Source of the DNA: Candidatus Bathyarchaeota archaeon
GTDB taxonomy: Archaea > Thermoproteota > Bathyarchaeia > TCS64
DNA: 64,000 bases
Assembly: GCA_963769425.1 (NCBI GenBank)
Contig: CAVYLP010000004.1
Span: 352,494-416,493, forward strand
Reading direction: 5' to 3'
Part shown: piece after piece, positions 28,063 through 36,900 of the stretch
How the letters are laid out: the number at the start of each line of letters is the position of its first letter
How positions within the stretch are numbered: the first letter of the stretch is position 1
Notes under the pieces: model-generated
Told to the model about the DNA's origin: nothing
What the model saw: the letters and a program-made list of their open reading frames with translations, nothing else
Databases searched by the model: none
Made by a program: the position numbers and the translations under genes

Positions 28063-29037
28063 ATGTACAAGCCAACCCTCAAAGACGTATTAGATGCCAG
28101 GAAACGAATACAACTCTACCTGGCGAAGACCCCTCTACGCGATTATGGTGCACTCTCCGAGGCAGTAGGCTGTGAGATGTATGTTAAACATGAAAACTAC
28201 CAGCCCACGTGTGCATTCAAGATCAGAGGCGGGATCAACCTAGTCAGCCAACTGAGCCCCGAGGAGAAGCGCCTCGGAGTAGTAACCGCTTCCACCGGTA
28301 ATCACGGTCAATCGATAGCTTTAGCGTCGAAGATGTTCGGCGTGAAGGCGATCATATGCGTGCCAAGGAACCCTAACCCCGATAAGGTCCGTGCTATCAA
28401 GGGCTACGGGGCTGAGATCGTCGAGGAGGGGGCGGATTTTGAGGAGGCTAAGAATAACGCTGAGAGGCTCGCTCATGAACATGGCTACAGGTACATACAC
28501 AGCGGAAATGAGCCTCACCTCATCGCGGGTGTCGGGACGATCGGCCTCGAGATGATTGAGGATCAGCCGGCACTCGACGCTGTTATTGTTCCGGTGGGGG
28601 GAGGCTCTGGCGCCTCAGGGGTCTCAACCGTCTATAAGACGATGTCTCCTGAGACGAGAATTATCGGTGTTCAGGCCGAGGAGGCGCAGAGCGTCTTCCT
28701 GAGCTGGAGGAGCGGCAGGATGGAGAGCACGGGGAAGTCGAGGACCTTCGCCGATGGGTTAGCGACGAGGAGTGCCTTCGAGCTCCCGCTGGAGATTATG
28801 AGGGAGAATCTAGACGACTTCGTGCTGGTCTCTGAGGATGAGATGAAGGCGGCCATCAGGCTCTACGTTGAGAAGGCTCATACGATAGCCGAGGGGGCTG
28901 GGGCCGCCTCTCTCGCGGCGGCTATTAAGATGCGTGATATGCTGAGGGGTAAAAAAGTGGGTGTTGTTCTCAGTGGTGGAAATCTCACCGCGGATATGCT
29001 CCGAGACATATTGAATGGTTCGAACCCGACTCCATGA
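28063..29037 (+). CDS. PLP-dependent threonine/serine dehydratase family enzyme
   Basis: 324 aa with the FKIRGG lysine motif, TASTGNHGQSIA and a GGGS(G) loop. Confidence 0.85.
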   Translation: MYKPTLKDVLDARKRIQLYLAKTPLRDYGALSEAVGCEMYVKHENYQPTCAFKIRGGINLVSQLSPEEKRLGVVTASTGNHGQSIALASKMFGVKAIICVPRNPNPDKVRAIKGYGAEIVEEGADFEEAKNNAERLAHEHGYRYIHSGNEPHLIAGVGTIGLEMIEDQPALDAVIVPVGGGSGASGVSTVYKTMSPETRIIGVQAEEAQSVFLSWRSGRMESTGKSRTFADGLATRSAFELPLEIMRENLDDFVLVSEDEMKAAIRLYVEKAHTIAEGAGAASLAAAIKMRDMLRGKKVGVVLSGGNLTADMLRDILNGSNPTP

Positions 29038-29287
29038 AAATTTCGATCCAATGAATATGGAAACCATATTCCTTTTATTCAATTCTTAGTTTAAAAGTAA
29101 ACTGTAAAATTCATCACAGGGGTAGAATGAGAGATTAAGCGTGACTTAGTAAAAAGGGGATTTGATATTCACCACATAGACGGTAAAAGCCCGAGGGAGA
29201 TCCTCAGAATTTGAATGACCCTGAAATATGTAGACATGTTCATGAAGCGCATCAGAAGAATAGAAGCACTTCGAAGCGTCGCCGTCT

Positions 29288-30403
29288 GTGGGGTTAAAAA
29301 GAAATCATTTGATTCTAGTTGTGGTAGTTCTAATTGCCGCTTTCAGTGTCGCCATCTTTCTGAAGATGCCACTCTTACATGAGCAGTTTACCCAGAGCAC
29401 AGCCGATGCGTTGAATGAACAGATAATTAATACCCCGCCGGGGAGTAGCTCGGAGAGCCGCAGAGACCTGCTTCTGAGCTTTGACGACTTCATCTCGAAG
29501 AATTTTCCAGTCACACTCACTCAGGGCGCGGTGGCGAATCTACTCGAACTCAGAACAAAGCGAGCCATTGAGGAGATCCGCTCCACCAGTGTCCAGGAGG
29601 GGAGCATGAGGGTCTGGTACATATACAACATGGGGGTTGTCATCAAGACGGCGAACGCCACTATAGGCATAGACGTAGCAGGCACGTATGTGGCCCCCTC
29701 CATCGCCGACGTCGGAGGGCTCCTCGACGTGCTCATCGTGACCCACCCCCACGGAGACCATCTCGACGCGAAGGTCGCAGCCGCCGCGGCGAAGGCCGGG
29801 GCTAAGATTGTCGTAGCTGACGAGAGGGTAAGGGTCGACTACCTGAATCAGAATAACCTAGTGAGGGACCCTAATGGGGAGAGTATGGTCAAGGTCCTCA
29901 CCGGGTCAGCCTTGGCAGCTCAGGCATTGGTCGGTTTGGAGCCGGGGGGGACAATTGACGTGAAGGGTGTCAGGATCACGGCGTACCCCGCGGAGCACAG
30001 TACTCCGAATGACACTGAGGACGCCTTCTCGGCGACGCCTACGGATTGGTTCTACGTCGAGGTCTCGGGTTTCTGCATCCTTCATACCGGGGACGGCTTC
30101 TTCAATGGCTTAAAGCCTGATTTCTCGGGTAAACGTGTGGACCTCTACATTATTCACTACGTTGACGGGATGATCACAGAGGACTACTATAAGCTGGTTC
30201 CGCAGAGCCGCGTCATGTTCCCGCTTCATCTCCATGAGCTCGGCCACGGTAGGGGGATACTTGACTATGCGATGTTCAGTAACGCCCTCGGGCAGGAGAG
30301 GAATGGTGATCTCTGGCTCAGCCATACAGTGCCTCAGGATACGGGGATGCGCTACGTCCCTCTCGTCTGGGGTGAGAGCTTGGAAATGAGTGTCGGCAAA
30401 TGA
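29288..30403 (+). CDS. Membrane-anchored metallo-beta-lactamase-fold protein
   Basis: 371 aa with a GTG start, an N-terminal TM helix and the THPHGDHLD metal-binding motif. Confidence 0.7.
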   Translation: MGLKRNHLILVVVVLIAAFSVAIFLKMPLLHEQFTQSTADALNEQIINTPPGSSSESRRDLLLSFDDFISKNFPVTLTQGAVANLLELRTKRAIEEIRSTSVQEGSMRVWYIYNMGVVIKTANATIGIDVAGTYVAPSIADVGGLLDVLIVTHPHGDHLDAKVAAAAAKAGAKIVVADERVRVDYLNQNNLVRDPNGESMVKVLTGSALAAQALVGLEPGGTIDVKGVRITAYPAEHSTPNDTEDAFSATPTDWFYVEVSGFCILHTGDGFFNGLKPDFSGKRVDLYIIHYVDGMITEDYYKLVPQSRVMFPLHLHELGHGRGILDYAMFSNALGQERNGDLWLSHTVPQDTGMRYVPLVWGESLEMSVGK

Positions 30404-30495
30404 GAGAACGTGTTTTCTAACTACGCACTTATACTTCTCCACTTCTCCTGCATATTATCAGCAGTTTCAAAACCTTTCACAGGAAAAATTCTACG

Positions 30496-31014
30496 TTACT
30501 TTAACTCGGGTTTAATTGCCTTGTTTCGACCGTCGCCGTGGACTCTGTCCCCAAGAGCTGCCTTTAGGACTCTCATGTCCTGCGGGTCTGCGTCAAAGAC
30601 ATACTTGTATTCACCCTGATTGGATACCAGGGTTAACAAGTACCTGTCCACTTGGATGTGGGAGTCCTCATCTTTTCCCTCATTCTCGTAGTCTACGTAG
30701 GCTCTTGTTACCTCTGGTAGATCTAAGGCAATGTTTCCTGGTGTTTCAGCTAAGATTTGTTCGGGGCTCATCTTAAGATATTTGCGTGAATACTCCACTA
30801 TGTCCTGGGGAAGCAGAACCTTACCGGCTAATAGTTTACCCATGAACCCTTTCGCACGGACTTTAGACATTGCTAAAGCCTCCTGCATCTGTGGGCCGCC
30901 GAACTGAGTAAGTAGAATCCTATGCTCCGTGGTGACCAACATCCAGCCTTTTGTGGTGGGTTTTCCGGTTGCCTGTATGAGATGTTGGATGACACCTACT
31001 ACTTGTTCGACCAT
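30496..31014 (-). CDS. Hypothetical protein
   Basis: 172-aa ORF with coding-like composition. No family recognised. Confidence 0.45.
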   Translation of the reverse strand: MVEQVVGVIQHLIQATGKPTTKGWMLVTTEHRILLTQFGGPQMQEALAMSKVRAKGFMGKLLAGKVLLPQDIVEYSRKYLKMSPEQILAETPGNIALDLPEVTRAYVDYENEGKDEDSHIQVDRYLLTLVSNQGEYKYVFDADPQDMRVLKAALGDRVHGDGRNKAIKPELK

Positions 31015-31073
31015 GGTTATAGTTACATCCAGATATAAAAAAAATTTCTTAGAAAAAGCAATAATTTTCGCTA

Positions 31074-31634
31074 TTATCGTCTCTGCCGGAGGTATAGACC
31101 GAATATGATTCCTATGACCAGACCTCCTAGGTGAGCGCCATGTGCGATGGTGTCAGGGGTGAATAATCCCAGCAGGTCGAGTAATGCGTAGGCTGGAACG
31201 ATTACGATTATTGGCAGGGGGAGGATGAAGCCGAGGTACACGACCTGTAGGGGGTCGAGGACGGCGAGGGCTCCCATTATGCCGTAGATTGACCCGGAGG
31301 CCCCGAGACCCGGTATATATGGGCTGAATGATGTGATCTGGTACCCGATGTTTCCGATTATTCCGGCGAGTATGAAGATTATTAGGAAAAGTTTCGGTCC
31401 TAGGATCCGCTCAAGGTAGGTCCCGAAGATTAGAAGCACGACCATGTTTACGATTAAGTGTTCGAGGCTCGCGTGCAGGAAGATTGAGGTGATATAAACC
31501 CAGGGGTATTGTGAGGCGTATGCGGGTATGAAGGTGAAGTAGATCCATCTCGTCGTGAGGTTCTGCAGGATGAAGATGACGACCATTAATGCGATTAGAA
31601 TATAGGTCCATCGCACTGGATGCGCTTCGGCCAT
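31074..31634 (-). CDS. Rhomboid-family intramembrane serine protease
   Basis: 186 aa with HASLEHLIVNM, the catalytic GASGSIYG and AHGAHLGG motifs. Multi-TM. Confidence 0.85.
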   Translation of the reverse strand: MAEAHPVRWTYILIALMVVIFILQNLTTRWIYFTFIPAYASQYPWVYITSIFLHASLEHLIVNMVVLLIFGTYLERILGPKLFLIIFILAGIIGNIGYQITSFSPYIPGLGASGSIYGIMGALAVLDPLQVVYLGFILPLPIIVIVPAYALLDLLGLFTPDTIAHGAHLGGLVIGIIFGLYLRQRR

Positions 31635-32190
31635 TGTGAGTCGATTTCTCTTTCTTTACGTATTTTAACCATCGCTTACAGGAGGGAAAATCCGGCGACT
31701 CGACCTTTATGACCTCTGCCACTACATCAGCTAACGGTATCATGCAGAATGGCCCAGTTGGATATTGTCAGTGGTCGATTATCCTAGAGTTGGGAAGTGT
31801 CTTCGCCGGATAATTCACCTAAAAAGGCTAATTTATGTTATTAAAAGACACTGGTCCTAAGCAACCTCGGTTATCAATGTAGACCAGAGATGAATACCTC
31901 GGGTGAGAAACCCGTTTTAAATAGATTGCCGATTCAAGATCCGGTGAAAAGATGGATACAAAGACGAAAGCTCTGGGACTTCTACTAATCGCACTTGTGG
32001 CCGGCGGGGCATTTGTAATCGTTCATGCTCAGGCTGAAGACGCAGCCGTACCACAGCAGGCCAAGAATCTGTATAAACAAGTTGTTGCGGGTAGATGGTG
32101 GCTGGTCAGGGCTCTGATTCGCCATAATGCATTATGATATCGTGCTCGCCTTAGATTTTTCAAGTTAAAATTGAGAATTCTTACCCGATT

Positions 32191-32340
32191 TCATGCCCTT
32201 ATTTTCTTAGTTGCCTTTCTCATTGCCTCTACATTTGGGTACTTTGCACATTCGTCGCAAAGCTCGTTATCCGGGTTAGTGGTGTTTAGGGTCTTGTTGC
32301 ACAACTTGCAGTGGCCCAGTTTTGGCGTCTTCGTGCTCAT
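32191..32340 (-). CDS. Small zinc-ribbon protein (short form of ORF 32191..32517)
   Basis: An internal ATG at 32340 gives a 49-aa product with CKLC...CDEC. The longer ORF overlaps the divergent 32477..32890 gene. Confidence 0.3.
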   Translation of the reverse strand: MSTKTPKLGHCKLCNKTLNTTNPDNELCDECAKYPNVEAMRKATKKIRA

Positions 32341-32476
32341 GTTTGGTTCAAATAGCAATTTGAAATTGTGATTAATATAGTTCCCCCTTAGAGAGTATAT
32401 GCGCTTCTCTGTTTTACCGCGGTCGATGTTGAGGTTTTTATTCAAGTAATTTATTTCAGAGGATGTGTGAAAGACT

Positions 32477-32890
32477 TTGAGCGAGGAGATGAGGCCGCCC
32501 CTAGAGTTTGATGTCAAGGACCTGAGGACGGGTAAGCCTATTCACTTCAAGATAAATCTGGGAAAGGTTACCCTTCCTCATCACATTGATCTCGTAATTC
32601 CTCCGTTCAAGTACAGCGTCGACTTCGCCGAGAGCGCCATCGATGGGGATAAGTCATATGGTGGTTTGAATTATTACGCGGCCAAGGAGCTAAAAATGGC
32701 TTTCAAGTACCCACCCGATGTCGTGATTGTGGCTAAGCAGACTACGGGGGATCCCTCGAATCGTGAGAACAAGCTCGAGAGCACAATTGCTCACGAGATC
32801 ATTGAGGCGGAGCTTATGAAGACTGGGTTACCGTACCATATCGCTCACATGTACGCAATGGAGTACGAGAAGGGCGTCTACACGGAGTAA
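32477..32890 (+). CDS. Hypothetical protein with HExxE-like motif
   Basis: 137 aa with an AHEIIEAE segment. No family recognised. Confidence 0.4.
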   Translation: MSEEMRPPLEFDVKDLRTGKPIHFKINLGKVTLPHHIDLVIPPFKYSVDFAESAIDGDKSYGGLNYYAAKELKMAFKYPPDVVIVAKQTTGDPSNRENKLESTIAHEIIEAELMKTGLPYHIAHMYAMEYEKGVYTE

Positions 32891-33295
32891 CGTCGCAACT
32901 CTTTTTAAAGGCAAATTTAGCTTAGGGGAAGTGCAAATTTTCAAGCGCTCTGTTCCCCGTCAGCACCTTATCAAACGCGATTAATACGTTTTTACTTGAA
33001 GGTTTTTCTTTTTGTTTTTCTTTTTATTGTACAATAAGTTCTGATCGAAGACTTGCATTTATTACAATTTTTTACCGTACTTACTCTTAAAATACACAAA
33101 AACTTCCCTTCCTATCTATAGGGTGCTAAGTCGCTTAAGAAGGATGGCTTTCGTCGGCTTTAATAAGCAAAGAAAATCGTTTATTCGAACTTATTTGATG
33201 CTGCTCAATAACCAGTATATTACCCAAATATGAGTGCAATACCCCAATATATGCGTGCACTATTTGGATTAGGATTTGTGATTGTGTTATAATGG

Positions 33296-33550
33296 CTATT
33301 TTTCTACTTCTATCAAGATGATTTTAAATCCATTTATCTCCCCTGCTGATACCTGTGATTCAAGTTTCGTTGTCATTATCTCCTCCGCCTCTTCTTTCGA
33401 ATAGGCGTGCACCTTCTGTTTCTTGGATCTGGATCCCTCCACTTCATAAGTTACAATGAAATCGATTCTCTTACTATTTGCCGTCTTATCCAGTGTATCT
33501 TTCGCCTTGTTGCGTACCTTCTTTGACCCTTGTTGCTCTTCTTTCATCAT
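33296..33550 (-). CDS. Hypothetical Lys-rich small protein
   Basis: 84-aa ORF. Confidence 0.35.
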   Translation of the reverse strand: MMKEEQQGSKKVRNKAKDTLDKTANSKRIDFIVTYEVEGSRSKKQKVHAYSKEEAEEIMTTKLESQVSAGEINGFKIILIEVEK

Positions 33551-33906
33551 GACCGAATTAGATTTACGGGCTATGTGGTTTAAATTTATGGTGGCGTGTA
33601 CCCATTTTTTTAGGCTTGTGTTATTATATTATGCGAATAGCTTTTTAGAATTGTTACTTCCGGTAAAAATTGCCCTTTTTGGGTTATGGGGTTGTTTTTA
33701 TCGGTATTCACGTTTTCGTGGTCGGAGCGAACCGGCGCAAATTACACCATTTTGCTCACTTATCGGATTACGAGAATGATTTCGCGCAAACTCAGTTATA
33801 GGTCGCTCTGAGAGCTAAGCGATTGCTCCTAGACATCTCACGTGCAACTCTGTGCGCGTGATTAGGGGAGGTAGAATCGTGGTGGAAGTTTCAGTTTTAT
33901 ACGACT

Positions 33907-36900
33907 TTACTTTTTAAGGTGTAGGGTTTTTCCTTCTAGATTTATTCTATTTCCCACTAGCATTTTCTCCAGCTCCGTTTCGAGTATTTTGTTGGTTTTA
34001 GGTGTCTGTCTGGCCCTGAAGGCGTTCGCGGTTTCCTGTATGAGGGATTCGCGGCTTAGACCTAAGGAGTGGCTTAGGACGTGCAGCATCATCGTCTCTA
34101 TCTCCTCTGAGGGTATGTATTCGATTGGCCTGACCTCGGCTTCGGGCCCGTTTAGGGGCACCCTCATCTTGACCGTTATGACCCCCATGGGCCATAGGTA
34201 GTCTCCGCGTTTTTCGAGTTTGCCTTTTTTTGTCATTTCCTCGACGGTTGCCCAGTACGCTTTGTGGAAGGAGGGTGGTGCTGGCTTCAGGTTCATGGCT
34301 TTGTTTAGGCGTTTGAATGCGTACTCAAGGTGTATGGGGCCCTCTACGCGGACAAGTTTGGGTAGAAGGTTTCGGATTTCGAGGAGGTAGAGGTCAAGGT
34401 AGAGTTCCCTCTGGCTAGGGGGGATCGAGTTGAAGGTCTGGCTTGATTCAAGGGATGCCCTCCGGTAGGGTTCCGACCCGGGGAGTTCATCGCTTCTTCT
34501 CTCGGTTACCTTTTCGTATTCGATGCCTTTTTTCGGAGTGGTTCCTTTGATTTGGATTTTCTCGTGGCCTTTTTCGTGTGTTTCAGCCTGCTTTAGTGCT
34601 TGTGCGAGGCGCTCCACTTCGGTGGCTCGTCTGTAGACCCACTCTGGGGACCAGATTCTGTGTAAATCCCAGCCCATTCCCTCAAGTACCTGGGCTCTGA
34701 GTCTATCCCTATCCCTCGTGGTGGCTGTTGACCAGTAGCTCTCTCCATCGAGTATGACGCCTAGAATGAATCTGTGGAGGTTCTCCGGGGTCTTTACGCC
34801 GATGTCTACTCTCAGCGAGCTTTCCCCTATTTGTGGGATCGCTACATACCCGAGTTTCCGGATCTCTTCTGCGACATCTTTCTGTATTTCCGGTAGGTTT
34901 GTCGACTCCTCATTTGGCAACTCCGGTGTTTTGGATGCCTGCTCTACATAGGTCATGTAGTCGTGCAGACACTTCACGCCGACGGATTTGGTCGTGGATA
35001 GGTCTATTTCGCTTGACTTGAAGGAGCTGACGAGTATTACTTTCTCGCGTGCCCTTGTCACGGCGACGTTTAGCCGGCGCTCCCCTCCATCCATGTTCAG
35101 CGGGCCAAAGTTCATGGTCATGACTCCTCCTTTGTCGTAGCCGTACCCGACGCTGATGACTATGACGTCTCTCTCATCGCCCTGAATATTTTCAAGGTTC
35201 TTGACGAAGAAGCCTCTGAGGCGATCCTCGTGGAGTAGATTCTTGTATTCAGGGTTCTGGGCTAGGCGGGCCTCGATTTCATCTTTGACGGTGTTCATCT
35301 GGCTTATGCTGAAGGTCATGACGCCGAGGGATTTCTCAGGGTGCTCTGTGAGATGTTTGAATACGATATCCGCTACTACCACAGCTTCCTTCGGGTTGTT
35401 ACGTGCGCCTCCTCGGTCGTAGACTCCATCCGGCACGTAGGTGAACTCTAACCCGAGCTCGCCTCCTTTATTGGCAGCGGGTGGGAAGGTGATGAGTTTG
35501 TTATCGTAGAACTCCTTGTTTGAGAAAGCTATGAGTGAGTCGTGCTTGCTCCTATAGTGCCAGCGTAGCATGCTGACGGGTAGTCCCATACCCATGCACT
35601 CGTCTAGTACGCTGTCGTATACCCCCACTTCTTGGGTTGCTTCTTCCCACTCAGTGTCGTTTTCGGCGATGTACTGGAAGAATGGAGTTGGAGGTAGTTG
35701 CTTGTTGTCGCCTGCCACTATCAGGGTGTCACCCCTGTATATGGATCCAACCGCGTCCTCGGTGAAGATCTGGGAGGCCTCGTCGAAGACGACGAGGTCG
35801 AAGTGTAGTCGTTCGGGAAGTATGAACTGGCTCACTGATATTGGGCTCATCAGGAGGCAGGGCTTTAGTCTCCTGATGAGGTTGGGTACTCTGTTGAACA
35901 GTTGGCGGAGTGGCATCTGTCTTCGCTTCTTGGCCGCTTCCTTGAGGAGAATGTTGATCTCCGAATCTGGGGCGTCGACGAAGACTCCTTGAGGTTTTTT
36001 TGCGTTTGCTGCTTCGATGACCTTTTTAGGTGACCTCTCTATCAAAGCGGAGTCGAGGGATCTGAAGTCATCGACGACTTGGTCCTGGTCTTTGGCCCTG
36101 AAGGAGCCTAGGGTCGCGTCCTCTTCCGCGAAGTAGTTTATGAGGCCGCTGTAAATTGATTTCTTGTAGACATCGATTAGAATCTCTCTGCGGTATCTCT
36201 TCTCGACGAGTTGTTCGACTAGGTTCCTGAGTCCCCCTTCGATGAGTCTAGAGGATGAATTATTGAAGTCTATCCACGCTTGTAGGTCATCTATTCTTTG
36301 GGCGAGTTTCTCCGAGACGAGTAGAACCTCGTCGACGGTGAGGCTCTGGGCTCGTTCTCCCCAAAGGGGGTTGCTGAACCTTGAGTTCAACTCGTTGATC
36401 AGGCTATGTATCTCTCGGAGGTGTTTCTGGGAGTCAAACTTCGGGGGCTCAAGGGTTGGATCTGTGGCGAAGCCGATGACTTCTGCTGTGGGCTTCGTCG
36501 GTAGGGCCTTGAGGAGGGCGCGTGTCCATTCTATTGCAGCTATCACCTTCAGCCAGTTGGTGGAGGTTCCTTGGTAGAGTCCCCCATACGTCTCTCTTAG
36601 CTGGTAGGCTTGTTCGGTCTCCTCTTCCTCGAAGCTTTGTAGTCTTTCAGTCTTCCTGATGTCTAAAAGGAGTGTAAGGAGGGTCTTAGGGTGATCTGAG
36701 GTCAATGTGATGAGGGCGGGCTGAAGGACTTCGTGGAGAGTTTCTAGTCTCTTTTTGAGCTCGGTGGCCCAATCCTTCAGCTCTCTCAGGGGGAGGTTCA
36801 CAAACCTAGTTTTACCGTTTTGGTTCCTCTCTGGAAGGATCACGCGTAACGGTTTCTGCGCTGCTCTCCAGCTTTGCAGCGAAGCGCCTAGGCTTCGGGA